64,000 nucleotides of DNA, from assembly GCF_036971445.1 (NCBI RefSeq), contig NC_091477.1:23932001-23996000 (forward strand). Direction: 5' to 3'. The stretch comes from Narcine bancroftii. Its lineage: Eukaryota. Below, one piece after another: positions 25,156 through 38,335 of this stretch. The notes under the pieces are model-generated. The model made no database searches, had not been told where the DNA came from, and was given only the letters and a program-made list of their open reading frames with translations. Made by a program: the position numbers and the translations under genes. Position 1 is the first letter of the stretch, and each line of letters begins with the position of its first letter.

Positions 25156-25514
25156 TCTGGAAATCCTAATAGAAACAGAAAATGCCAACGTCACTCAGTG
25201 AGCCAGGCAGCATCAATGGCGAGAGAAACAGAGTTAAAGCTTCAAGTCAATGAACGACCTTCAATAGAATTGGAAAAGTGAGGACCATTTACCCAAAAAG
25301 ATTACAAATTTTCAATGAAATGATTTCACTTGATGCTTTGAAAAGGGACGCATGTTGACTGGGCAGTGGGATAGGGAATGAGTTCAAACCCAAGGACTTA
25401 GTGATGTGCCATTGTCCAATCCAAGTTTGCCATCCAGTGTAATGGTGCAAGTAGATTAAGTTAAATCAAAAACTTATAGCCACGTACAAGATGGAAGCCA
25501 GCAACTGAATGCAG

Positions 25515-25750
25515 AGCAACCGTTAGTGTAGCAGTTAGCGCAGTGCCTTTATAGCACCAGCGATTAGGACCAGGGCTTGAATCCCACGCTATCTGTAAGA
25601 AATTTGTATGTTCTTCCTGTGTCTACGCGGGTTTCCTCCCATCGTTTGAAAATACTGGCTAGATTCAATGGATGTAAATTGGGTGCCATGGACCCTTGGG
25701 CCGAAATTACCTGTTACTGTGCTGTATGCCTAAATTTTAAAAAATTTTTA
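25515..25750 (+). mobile_element. tRNA-derived V-type SINE
   Basis: GTTAGTGTAGCAGTTAGCGC...TTGAATCCC..., homolog of 1-250 with AT-rich tail. Confidence 0.75.
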
Positions 25751-27935
25751 AAAAGAACAATTTACTGGAGGAAGTCAGTGGGCTAAGCAGCAGCACCGGT
25801 GGGACAAAAATAATGGTTGACATTTCAGGAAGGAACCTTGCAATGATGACTGCATCTACCTGATTTAAATTCTATTTAGTTTAATGGAAGCAAACTCCAG
25901 TCTGTGCAACACCACTGTACCCTAGATGATTCAGATGAAAATTTATTTTACCCTTTTAGTCTTTTGTTTCCACAAGATATATCTTTTAAGATTAAGAAAA
26001 TAAACAAAGCACCAAATCATTGTGTTCTTGAGATATTGAGCCATTGATGTGTGACCATAGCCATTGTTACTCTTGCTGTCAGACTCTCATGATGCTATCT
26101 AACAAGAATAAATCATTCTGTTTCAACAAAATATTGCTCGAAAAAGAATTACATGCACTAATCTTTCTTGAGATTTGTTAAGCTTTTCACTCTATCCTCT
26201 TCTGTTATCATACCCCACGGAGCTGTTCGTCTGATTATAAAGACAATAAATTCATTGAAAATAGCTTCAGCTACCAGAAATTAATTAAAATACAAAACTA
26301 AAGTAATATGAATAATAATAAAGATACTTTCTTTTTCATTCGTGATTGTCAGCCCATTCTAATGCTGGTGTCATTCTGAGAGGTTCAACGTGAAGTGCAT
26401 CTCGACCCTCAACTCAGAATGTTTGCCCTTTCTTTGCCTGTGAGTCAGAATGAAATCTGTCAATATCCATCCTCCAGCCCATTTCATGCATATGGCAAGT
26501 TGACCCACAAAGGGAACATCACCAGCAGTTCTGACAAGGTGGATGTAAGTACATTTTGGCTCATTGATCTAAAGTGTAATTTTGCAACACTTCCCACCTT
26601 GCCTTGCATCAGCAAGCATTAACTAATTGCCTCCATGCAAACACTTGTTCCTCCTACTGCTATCGTAATCTTGCAATGAAACCATTTGAGGGTGCAAAAA
26701 GGGAAAAAAAGAGGGAGGGGGGTACAGAAGTGTCCAAAGGTGTGAAGAATGTATCCGTTTTCAATGTGCTTCATGAGTAATGGATCTTAAATTCTCTATA
26801 ATGCAGAAAAAACATTCCTTCATAAGTGTAACACAGTCAAACCTATACAAGATGACAAATACATTATTATAACATATGTTTTAATTTTCAAATAGTTTTC
26901 TATGTTTAAAATATAGTAACATGGAGCAAGCAAGAGTCATTGATGACAAACACCTGCTCTGTAAAATAATAAAATCATTTTTCAATTAATTGTAGTTCTC
27001 AACTGAAAAACAAATATTCCCCCAAATTTGGAAAAAAAATAAAGAGAATTTGACAATGACAATGTTATAAAATTCAAGTCTAAATTTTTTAAAAGAATTT
27101 TGGAATATTCTAGGATAACTGGATTATTCTAGCCTCTATTCTTAGTCTGTAGCTTTAAAAAGAAAGGTTAAATAAGCTATTTTCCATCAGTTTGTGTATC
27201 TGCCATTAGATCACAGCCCCGTTGGCTTTTGACACACTTGGTTACTTTCTAATTCGGCCATGTAACCAGCTCCCTCTCCCAACTCTATCAGCCTTAAATG
27301 CCTTGTGACACCTGTGTAGACAATAATATGTGAGCATGGTCAAAACCTCCAAAGCAGCAGATTTAAATTTGTCATCGACGTGACAGTTCCTAAATGAAAC
27401 TGTTTGGCAATAGGAGGCTCAGGAGATCTCAGAAACCTAATTTCTAACTGTGTGTACAGAGATTCAGCTCCAGACTTTGAGCACCCTTCATTCTGAAGGG
27501 TGCGCAATTATGTGGATTGATGTTGCATGTTTCTTTCTGATGTTAATCATTCCATTGTCCTTTCTCTTTGATTTGAAGCATATCAAAGTAACTGTGTGAC
27601 TGCTTGTCTGAGCTTGCTTTCTAGTTAAGGACCTCATTCCTCTTCTGGCTCACAGTAAGCATAGATTGAAGGAATGTCATTTTTGAAGCATTGTTGATTC
27701 TAATCTAATTCTCATGATAATAGCACAATAAGAGCAGATATTTATGGAAGGAAATGAGTTTGAAAGAAAAGAGCACTAAACTTTTCAGTTCAATTTCAGT
27801 CCATTAACTTCTGTTCCATGCCCAAGATTTCACATGGCCTACTGAGATTATTTAAACAATGCAACAGCAGTTCATCTAACAGATATAATTCACATATCTT
27901 CCTGCAACTGGGACGTTATCTTTGGAAATCTTGTG

Positions 27936-28190
27936 ATTTAAATTTAAATTTAGACGTACAGTAACATGTCATTTCGGCCCAAGAGTCCATGCTGCCCAAT
28001 TTGCACTCAATTAACCTATACCCCTGGTATGTTTTTGAATGGTGGGAGGAAACTGGAGCCTCCAGGGAAAACACATGAAATATGGGGAGAATGTACATAC
28101 TCCTTACAGACGGCGCGGGATTCGAACTCTGGTCCCAATTGCTGGCGCTGTAAAGGCATTGCGCTAACCGCTATGCCTACCGTGCCGCCC
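27936..28190 (-). mobile_element. tRNA-derived V-type SINE, best-preserved copy
   Basis: Minus strand begins GGGCGGCACGGTAGGCATAGCGGTTAGCGC, B-box GAGTTCGAATCCC, core, (TAAATT)n tail. Confidence 0.85.
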
Positions 28191-29082
28191 ATATAGTCCA
28201 CAAATAGTCAGTGATGCATGTGTTGCATTGGATGTCAGTACAATGACCATGCAAACAAGTTGGAAACACGTATAAACACGAAGCAGGAATTTTCCATGAC
28301 GTCTACCATCAAATGCAGTGATATAGTTATACAAAAGCATTTACTTCTGCAGACATGTTTTCATGGAAGTTGCAAATTGCATTAAATACTAACAGCAAGT
28401 TTTTTTTTGCAGTGAGATATCAGCCTGTACCAGAGCTATGAGAACTAATGACATTTTGACCATTGCACGTGGTCAATCATAATTGTGCAAGGAGATTACA
28501 TTCTGAACCTGAAGTACAGTAATCCTTAAAGATACTTATGGGATGATGGCATCCTGGAATTTAATGCCTTTCCTAATTTCATCTTAAACTGAACAGTTTG
28601 TCAAGAGAACTAAAAATTAATGACAGCTAATTTATTTCCCTAATTTATATCATTGAACTCGATTGTTTTTTTTTCAGCAAATTCAGTCACTTTGTGGTGA
28701 CCAAAACCAATCTTAGCTGCCATGATAAGACTGAAACTCAAGCCCCTGGAACATCAATCCAGATTAACAGTCCAGTTACATAGACATTGTGCCAGCATTA
28801 CCCATGATGATATGGGCTGTAAAGAACTGTGTTATGTTCTAAAGTGGGGTTTGAAATGTCAGAGCTAGTCATTGAAAGTTCATTTTGAAAGTATAGCAAT
28901 GGATACCCAGTGAAGGGTCAGGGTGGGAAGGTAGGTGGCTGGTGCATAGATATGATAATTTTGCTTCTCCATAAAGAGTGAATATTTTCAGACCTGTGAC
29001 CGGAATATAAGGAAATTATTTGTCTGTCTCTGGATGGTTTTTAAATTAAATGTTATTCATATTGTTCTCGGTTTTGCCTAAT

Positions 29083-29455
29083 TCAGTCGTCAAGTTTATT
29101 GTCATCTGATTGAACAAGTACATCCCGATAAAACACCGTTCTCTGGTCCTCAGAGCAAAACATGCAGACACACAACCAGACTCACAAACAATACACACAA
29201 GTATTAATACATACAAATAAATAAATATGGTTTTGTAAATATGAAAGTCTTGGATGGTTAATGTGAGCAGTTCCTTTGGTCGTTCAGCATTCTCACTGCC
29301 CGTTGGAAAAACTGATGGTGTTGGCTCTGATACTCCTGTATCTCTTTCCTGATGGGACGATCTAAAAGATGGTGTGGGTGGGGTGGAAGGGGAAGGGATG
29401 ATTCTGTGTGCTCTCTTCAGACAACAATCCTGCTAGATCATGTTGATGGGGGAGT
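29083..29455 (-). mobile_element. Rex1/Babar-like 3' fragment
   Basis: TTTATTGTCA tail and CTCCTGTATCTCTTTCCTGATGG motif shared with the other Rex copies. Confidence 0.6.
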
Positions 29456-30684
29456 GGGTGGGGTGGGAAGGGAGATATAACTCCTCAATTTGTGTTTGCT
29501 GAGGCATAACAGAAAGATAATGCGTAGCACTTTGACAACTATACTGACAATGCAAGATTTTTGAAAGGTCAGTCTGTGCTGCCATGACAATGCTTTCATC
29601 CCATCTCATAAATTTGAAGTCCAAAAGAAATCCAAGCCGTCAGCCAACTATGTGCACGTTGTACAATCACAGATCTTTTTGAAGGTGCGACCTAGCCCAA
29701 ACACAAGGATAATCTCAGTTTCTGTCAGATTCCTTGTTCATATATTTCATTTAGTTGCAAAGCTATAGGCCTAATTTTAATTCTGTTTTCTCCTTCCCTG
29801 GGTACTGCCTGGCCTACTGACTGCAGCACTTTCTGATTTTATTTCAGATTCTGAGCAGCAACTTAATTAAATCATTTTGATCAATCTGCTTGCAAAACCT
29901 GGTTGTACATAAGTCGCCTCATTCTATGTAGGTTTCATTACATGGGATCATCTACATTGTGTCTGTGAACATCACGAGGTGCAGGGTGTGTCGAATGTGT
30001 GCACTCAATAAAAATAGAGGCAGTAGGAAATATAAGATGGGGATTGTGATTAAGATCTTCCTTTTGTTTTTAATTGTTCTTTTTTTTCTCGGATTCAATC
30101 ACTCTCAGATGCAAGTATACGCTACAGAACTACAGTATAATGCACTCCCATGTCATGTTAAGCTTCACTTCAACAGTGCCCTACAGTCAGAATATTGATA
30201 ATGTTATTCTGTTCCAAGAGAAAGGAATCACTAGCCCCAGTAATTGATCTTACTTTGGTGTGATGGAAGCTGATTGATTTATTGTTTACCTCTTACAATA
30301 AAAATTACAAGTGTTTTGACATTGTTGGGGGTGGGGTGGTGGGTAAGAGTCACAGATCTCCCAGCTCTGACTGCTTTACAAATAAAAGGGCACTTGGCCT
30401 TTTTTATATCAAAGCCAGTGTCCATTTTGCTTTTGGTCTTTAACATCTTGTTTTTCCATCAAAACAGACATTTCTATTGTGGATCAGAATCCCATACAAC
30501 ACAACAGACTCACCATGGTCATAATAATATTCTCCAGCATGTGCACCAAACACATTGTAATCTATGAGGTGCAATTTACATCACTCAGAATCTGAAATTG
30601 TTTTCATATTCACAAAAATCTTTTGCCATACATACCCTACAAAAGCAATCAGCATAAAACATGTTCAATATCAGGGGGTTTAAT

Positions 30685-30882
30685 TCTTTTTTAATTGAAT
30701 TTAGATGTAGAGCATGGTAACAGGCCCTTCTGACCCAAGAGCCTGTGTTAACTAAATACCCCAATTAACCTACAACCTCTGTACATTTTGGGAGGAAACC
30801 AGAGAACCCAGAGGAAACATGGGGAGAACATACAATCTCTTTTTTTTGAATCCAGTTCGCTGGTGCTGTAATAATGTTGTTA
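30685..30882 (-). mobile_element. degenerate V-type SINE
   Basis: GGTAACAGGCCCTTC...GGGAGGAAACCAGAGAACCCAGAGGAAAC. Confidence 0.65.
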
Positions 30883-31039
30883 TGTTTCCTATTTACATGA
30901 CTAATAAATGTATCAGATATAATGAACATTATGATTTAAAACAAGCCATCTGGGATTATTGTTTCTGTCCTATTCTGTTCTGCATTTAGATCTGTGACTT
31001 CCTCTATTCATCATTCCATGCTCTCTAGTTTTGGCAAAG

Positions 31040-32185
31040 AGTGAGGAGAACTTCCGGCCTGGTGGCCTGCATGGCTGAGCCTCAGATGCAAACTTTCACC
31101 CTGGCCCCAGCAGCCTACAAGACCAGCCACAGATGCGAATTTCCACCCTGTCCCTAGGAGCTCACAAGGCCAGGCCTCTGGCATGAAGTATCACTCTGTG
31201 GTCTGAACCTCCATGGCAAACTCTCACCCTGGCCCTGGTATTCCAGTGGACCAAGCCTCCAATGTGAACTCTCACCCTGGCCCCTCTCACCCTCCACTTC
31301 TCCCCTTGACTTCCTCAATATCCCCCTCCATTCTTGGATCATTCCTATCCTCTACCTCCTGGTCCATCCCATTCTCCTCCAAAACCCTCTACCCCATTGA
31401 CTCCTACTCCTACCCCTGCCTGGTCTTTACCACCCCCTTCAACATTCCCGTCTCAGATATGGAACTCTGTCCTTCATAGAGGCCTCACCTACACCTTCTC
31501 CCATACCTCAATGAGTTCCATGCACACCATGATGCCAAACTCTTCTTCTGATGGCTCCGTCTACAACCAGGATTCTCTACCCACCACTACAGATCCATTC
31601 TCTTGCCTCTTAAACCTTCTTCCTCCTCCTTGACACCCTTCTGACTGCTCTGAAACTTTATATTTCCAACTGCTATGGAGACATCAACCATCTCAACTTC
31701 ACCACTCCCCTCACTCATTCTAATCTCATCACTTTGGAAAGCCTTGCCCTCCACTCCTGCCACAATAATTCCAACCTCACCATCAAACCTGCAGACAAGG
31801 GTGACACTGTTGTAGTCTGGTACGCTGACCTCTATCTGGCTGAAGCCAGACAACAATTCTCAAAAACCTCTTACTTACCCCTCCCATCGGACCCCACCAA
31901 AACTCATCAAACTACTGGTTCATCCACTATCTCTGAACTCATCAATTCAGGTCATCTCCCTTCCATGGCCTCCAACCTAATTGTTTCTCAAACCTCACTG
32001 CCTATTTCTACCTCCTACCCAAGATTCACAAGTCCAGTTGTCTTGGTAGACCCACTGTTTCCGTATTCTCCTGCCCCACACTGCTGGAGAAACTCAGCAG
32101 GTCACACAGTGTACTTTATGTAGCAAAGATAAAAATATGTGACTGACTTTGTAGGTTTGACTTTGTAGGCTTGAGCCCTTCATCA
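31040..32185 (+). mobile_element. decayed Penelope-like element, N-terminal RT region, followed by an inverted terminal-repeat piece
   Basis: ORF 31734-32123 contains NLTIKPADKGDTVVVW..DLYLAEARQQ, the PLE KPADKG signature; 32080-32185 is the terminal repeat in reverse orientation. Confidence 0.8.
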
Positions 32186-32569
32186 TACAGTACCTTAACT
32201 AAATCAATTTTTAATGGATTTTACTTAAAATTATTTAAATAGATCTGAACAGCTTTTAAATATCTCTGAGCTGTTAAAAAAAACTATGTGAGCTTTTGTG
32301 GTTAGGGGCTTTGACAGGTTTTGAGGTCCATTGATATCATAAATCCTCAAACACTCATTGAGAGCAGCAGGTATGCTTGACCATTGAACATTAAAAATGC
32401 AAAATCAATTAAAAAATACAATTTGTCTTAATCTCCAGATCAAGATTTCTTACCAGATAAATAAACAAATGAATTTTATAAACATATACATCAATATAAT
32501 GTACAGATGCTTACTTGCCACACTTTCTAGATACAGAAAACACACAACACATAAGAAGAAAGAAAAAAG

Positions 32570-33350
32570 ATCATTCAAGATTCAAAATTTAAGATTCAAG
32601 ATTGTCATGCAATTAAACATACCACACAAGATTGCATTTAGTCTGCAAAAGAGAGACTCCAGGTGTCACTGAGTGTCCATGGATTCACTTCCAGTGCTCC
32701 AGTGGCCTCTGCAGCCACACAGAATTCTGCCCAAACCATTGGCAACCCGAGCTCCAAATCTAGACCTCTGACACAATCAGGAAGTCTTCAGCGCCTTCCA
32801 CCCTCAGCACCCTCTCGCATTCTGGTTCCAATACCTGGCACCCTTTCGGCCAATCTCGAGCCAGTCTCCAGCAGTCCACAACCTGGTGTGAGCCCTTTGA
32901 CCACAAGTCACAAGCAACCCGCAGACTGCGTGGGTTTCTTGCATCGAGTCGCCATCAGTCCGCCACCTGCCAGTCGTAGAAAACCTTGCTGCTGGTTTTT
33001 GTCTCATAGGGTTGTCTCCTCTGCTTCTCCTTCTCAAACAGGAGGGTGTACTCTACATTACTGGTGCCCTGCACCAGTTCACTGCTTTCCCCAGGGCCTG
33101 TAACCCCTCAAGGCTGCTGCTGACCACAGGCACCGCCATCAAGGACCCAGACCCCACAGTCACAGGATTTTAAAATAAAACAGCGTCAGTTCCTTTAATA
33201 GGCTGTTTAAAGCATGTACAGAGCTATTTATAATAGGTCTGGGCGACTGGAACCTTTTGGGGAGCTCTGTGTCTCCTCTCCCCACTGCGCATTCTTCCCC
33301 TGGTCTGCACCAGCGGCAGGATTGCCATTACACCAGTTCTGGGAGTGCCG
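32570..33350 (-). mobile_element. unclassified GC-rich retroposon-like repeat
   Basis: GC-rich body ending, on the minus strand, in a (TCTTGAA)-type tandem tail at about 32570-32600; no recognisable ORF. Confidence 0.4.
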
Positions 33351-34136
33351 CAAATTTTTTATGTGTTAGGAAAAGGGAAAATAACAGTATTAAATAAATT
33401 GTCATGCAGACAAAATGAATGAGGTGTTCCATTCAGTTTCAGGACTGAAAATGGAAACTTTGTGTACCATGCAAGTCAAGGCCCACCAGACTCCATGAGT
33501 AGCAACCATGGAGCAGATGTAGCTGGATCAAGCTCAGAGTTACACATTTGTCTGCATGTGCACAGGATCCAAATGTACGGAGAATTAAACTGCTGAAAGC
33601 CAGCACTTCTAAAGCACAATCGCTGACATCTGTGAGCAAGGTTCACTTCCATGTCATTCCATTAATCAGCCTTTTATTTACTGCTCCTACTGTCTTGTTC
33701 TTTGCCTTATTGTCACTTTCCATCTTATTATGCGTCTATGAACACCCTGGGTCATTTTTCTCCCTTGAAGGCAAATGTAGGTCAGCAATGGAGTTATCTG
33801 AATGATACAGGAAATGGAAGCTCTTTATTTGGTGCAGTTAACTTAAGCTTATATGAATGGTTAGCCCTGCATGAATCATGGATTGCTACAGAATAAAAGT
33901 GTTTAGGTAATTGCCTGGTTGAGCCCATTTGTACGCAGGATGGTGTTTCTTTGGCCTGATAAAGCATTTAAGAAATGGAATTCCTTTGTGTTGATATATG
34001 TATTAAGCTTTGGCATGTTGATTCCCTGTGGCTATTTGTGTTGTATCTATCATTTCATTAGAGGTGGGAAACCTGCTAAGTAGGAAAGGCTTCACACCCT
34101 TTGTTGGTGGTTCTTTTCCATTGTAAAAGTGATGAT

Positions 34137-35343
34137 TTTCAAATTTCAGATTTATTGTCAAGAGTACACAGATGACATCACGTACAACTTGAGATTCATT
34201 TCCCTGAAGGTGAGGAAAAATTACTACTTACTGGTCCTGCAAAAAACTGTACACAACCTACACATGTAAACAAACTGATTGTACAATGCAGAGAGAGAAA
34301 AAGAGAGTCCTTGATTGTTGTTGAGTCTGATGGTGGGGGGGGGGGGGTGGGTAGTAGCAGATGTTCCTGAACTTGGTGATGCGAGTCTTGTGGCACCTAT
34401 ACCCTCGTTCCTGATGAGAACGGTGTGTGTTTCTGGGTGGTATGGGTGGTCTGGGTGGTATGGTGGTCTGGGTGGTCTGGGTGGACTGGGTGGTCTGGGT
34501 GGTCTGGGTGGTCTGGGTGGTATGGGTGGTCTGGGTGGTCTGGGTGGTCTGGGTGGTCTGGGTGTTCTGGGTGGTATGGGTGGTCTTGGTGGTCTGGGTG
34601 GTCTGGGTGGTCTGGGTGGTATGGGTGGTCTGGGTGGTCTGGGTGGTCTGGGTGGTATGGGTGGTCTGGGTGGTATGAGTGGTCTGGGTGGTCTGGGTGG
34701 TAAAGGTGGTCTGGGTGGTCTGGGTGGTCTGGGTGGTCTGGGTGGTATGGGTGGTCTGGGTGGTAAAGGTGGTCTGGGTGGTCTGGGTGGTATGGGTGGT
34801 CTGGGTGGTATGGGTGGTCTGGGTGGTATGGGTGGTCTGGGTGGTCTGGGTGGTATGGGTGGTATGGGTGGTCTGGGTGGTCTGGGTGGTCTGGGTGGTC
34901 TGGGTGGTATGGGTGGTCTGGGTGGTCTGGGTGGTCTGGGTGGTAAAGGTGGTCTGGGTGGTCTGGGTGGTCTGGGTGGTCTGGGTGGTCAGGGTGGTCT
35001 GGGTGGTATGGGTGGTCTGGGTGGTCTGGGTGGTCTGGGTGGTCTGGGTGGTATGGGTGGTCTGGGTGGTCAGGGTGGTCTGGGTGGTATGGGTGGTCTG
35101 GGTGATCTGGGTGGTCTGGGTGGTCTGGGTGGTCTGGGTGGTCAGGGTGGTCTGGGTGGTATGGGTGGTCTGGGTGGTCTGGGTGGTCTGGGTGGTCTGG
35201 GTGGTATGGGTGGTCTGGGTGGTCTGGGTGGTATGGGTGGTCTGGGTGGTCTGGGTGGTCTGGGTGGTCTGGGTGGTCTGGGTGGTCTGGGTGGTCTGGG
35301 TGGTCTGGGTGGTCTGGACCTTTGATTATTGCTGCTGCTCTCC
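34137..35343 (-). mobile_element. Rex1/Babar 3' fragment, interrupted by the minisatellite
   Basis: 34137-34432 and 35318-35343 are reverse-complement homologs of 54985-55369. Confidence 0.8.
34433..35317. repeat. 9-bp minisatellite (CTGGGTGGT)n, about 98 units
   Basis: Directly visible; variant units ATGGGTGGT, AAAGGTGGT, CAGGGTGGT. Confidence 0.98.
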
Positions 35344-35837
35344 AATATTACCCTGATAAGAGTTTATGTCAATCACTTCAGCTTTTTGAATAATAAATTG
35401 CAAACAGACTTAATTGTCAAAAATACAGAAGTGATGAGTGACAGATAAGGTTTTGGAGCAAAAAAACAGAAGCATGTTCTCAGACAAGCACAGAGCACGC
35501 ACAGACTGCAATTTGAAAATGTAAAGAGCTGAGCTGGTGAGAGATTGATGGGGTGTTCACTGAGTATCTTTTTCTCTTGTCTTCTGCCACTTGGCAGCAG
35601 CCCTGCTTGTCACCTAACAGAGTATTCACTCATTGGAGCGATTCATTCAATAGAATTGGAACAAAATTATTGATGAGAATCAGAGGGTGTTTCTGTGATG
35701 ATAAGGAAATTGGAATGCAATGTAGGAATTGGCAGAATGAGTCACAAGAAGGGTTTTACAGTCAAGTGAATTTGACGGAAGGACATTTGGGGTGAACTAG
35801 AATTTGCAAAGCTGAACTCTTGAAGATCTAGAATAGT

Positions 35838-36042
35838 ACCACATGGTTGGCATAGCAGTTAGTGCAATGACTTTACAGTGCCAGTGATTGGGACCAGACC
35901 TAGGTTTGAATCCAGCGCTGTCTGTAAAGAGCTTATACGTTCTTCCTGTTTCTGCATGGGTTTTCTCCAGGGGCTCCAGTTTTCTCCCACCCTTCAAAAA
36001 CATACCAGGGTGTAAATTGGGTGCCACGGACAAATTTAAAAA
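35838..36042 (+). mobile_element. tRNA-derived V-type SINE
   Basis: GGCATAGCAGTTAG, GGTTTGAATCC, core GGGTTTTCTCCAGGGGCTCCAGTTTTCTCCCAC. Confidence 0.8.
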
Positions 36043-37814
36043 ACAAGAACGGTCCTTTCGGCCCATAATGTTTGCACCAAACATGAGGCTAAATAAACAA
36101 TAATATTGTTTATTAATTGATTTATTGCCATTGTGGAGTAAGATTGTTTCCTGATGATCAATAATTCCAGGATTGGGAAAATATACAATTAAGTTAAAGG
36201 ATTCTGATCAACTGAGTCTTCCCAGATCATTTACCTAATTATATTGTATTAGTGCACAGAATCCTGCCTTACAAGCTATTTGCCTGCAAAGCACAATGAA
36301 TCCTTGTTCCCATGTGAAGTGGATAAACAGCAAAACATGGTTTGCATAAAATGCATTATATTTGCTTGCCAATAATTCATTCATATCAAAGTTATTCATA
36401 CCAAAATCAGTCAAGGTCCAGACCTTTGGCTCCCATCAATTGGAACATCAAACTCTGGCACTTTTGCTTCAGCTGATTGTGCCTTGCATTCAATGGGAGA
36501 TACTTTGAATTCAGAAGGCATTCCAAATCTCAGGGCTGTCAGTCTTATTGCATACTTGTGGCATATTTATAATATAAAAGGCTACACTGCAACCCTGAGG
36601 CAACAGAATATTTTTACGTTCCAGCTGATGTACCATCCTCTGAAATTATCAATTTTGAAATCAGTTCTACGCAATGAAGTCGGTGTTAGATAAGCTAACC
36701 CCTTGTATGAATTCCTTTTATGTGTGGGTGTCATAATTCACTGTTGAGAACAATAAAAAAAGAGAGCAAAAAAGAAATCGGCTGGAGGAGCTTCAATGGA
36801 TTGAGCTGCATCAGTGGTGGAAAAGGAATAATCAATGTCTGCACAAACAGAAAGGAGCTGATGTTCAAAGTAACAGGCTGTCTATTAAAAATGGTGCGCA
36901 CCAGGAAAACTGTCGAGGCTGATCTCCTATGCATAATTTTGGTACAGGTTCTACTCTCTCAACGAACATGATTACAAAAACTTACTTCCACAGTACCACT
37001 AAGTTTATATTACAAAATGGGAGTTGCAAAGACCTAATTCCTGGCAAAATAAAGGTTAATATCAGAACAAAATGTTTAATTATCAAGATATCTAACCTTG
37101 TTAACAATCAATCCAATTCTCTATTTCAACATGTAACCTCGACAACATAATTAATGAAGCTCCTGAAACTTGCATGTTCTCACTGGTACCCTCTACTCTT
37201 AGGGTTGTTCGTGGTTCCCTGTTACCACATTAACACAATACAAATCACTTTGTATTAGTTATTAGTCCTCATTATTCTGACCCCTCGACCAGTCAAAATG
37301 TTAGGTTTTGTCCCGGTGGAATTCCTCCAGCAGATTGGTTTTTACTGCAGATTCCAGCATCCTGTGCCTCCAAAAACGAAAGATAGTCAATTACCATCAC
37401 TCGTAAAATGATTCTACCTGTGAAAACATCAACAGCAATGGGAGAGCTCATTCTAGTTGAGTATTAAACACTCATGGTAGGCAGACTTAAGTTTGCTATA
37501 CTTAAAAAATCACTCTGAATTCTATCAGGGTCATGAGATAAATACTGTGGATGGCAATGCAAAGTTATTGTGGGTAAATGAAAAGGTGACCTAACATTTT
37601 CAGTAAAATCATCCAACATGTTTGCATTAGGGGCTTAACTTGCTTGGTCCTGAAACTTCAACAATGGTTCAGCCTCAGACACATGTATACAAGTCAGGGA
37701 TCCAAAATTGACTAGGAATATATGAGACAAAAATGACAAAAGAATGTTTTTTTTTCAAAAATAGAAAGAACAGTGCAAATGCAGGTATTCGGCTTGTTGC
37801 TTATCAGTTTTGAA

Positions 37815-38180
37815 GATCTGAAACACATAAAATGATGAAAGGCATGGAGGTCAGTAAGTTGTTCCCATTGCTGGGGGGGACTAGAACTTGTGGACATAGC
37901 CTCAAGATCCAGGGTAGTAGATTTAGGACAGAGATGAGGAGGAACTCTTTTTCCCAGAGGGTGATGTAACTATGGAATTCGCTGCTCATTGAAGCAGTGG
38001 AGGCTACTTCAGTAAATATATTTAAGACAAGGTTGGATTGATTTTTACAAAATAGAGGAATTAAGGGATATGGGGAAAGGCAGGTAGGTGGAGATGAACC
38101 TATCATCAGATCAGCTATTGAATGGCAGAACAGGCCTGATGGGCCAGATGGCCTACTCCTGCTTCTATTTATTATGTTAA
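37815..38180 (+). mobile_element. CR1 3' fragment
   Basis: GAGATGAGGAGGAACTCTTTTTCCCAGAGGGTG...GGAATTAAGGGATATGGGG...GATGGCCTACTCCTGCTTCTATTT. Confidence 0.8.
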
Positions 38181-38335
38181 GTTTGTGGACAATAAAGAGC
38201 ATGACGATGTCATAAATATCAGGACTTTTGATAGAGCAAGTCGTTGGCGTGGCAGTAAAGTACAAAGAGCTTCAATCCTTCCTGATTCTGTCACTTAGCT
38301 AACATTAAATTGTGAATGCAAAATTTTCTCTGGTA

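Noticed and set aside
32663-33103. 146-aa Ser/Pro-rich ORF
   Set aside because: Lies antisense in a GC-rich repeat-like element; no domain and no splice support
34433-35317. CRISPR array
   Set aside because: Tandem units without unique spacers, no cas genes, eukaryotic context
34315-35356. 336-aa (GGL)n ORF and overlapping (VVW)n, (GWS)n and (RPP)n ORFs as a glycine-rich structural protein gene
   Set aside because: They are by-products of a nearly stop-free 9-bp repeat inside an antisense Rex1 fragment; no ATG start for the long frame, signal peptide or synonymous-site variation pattern
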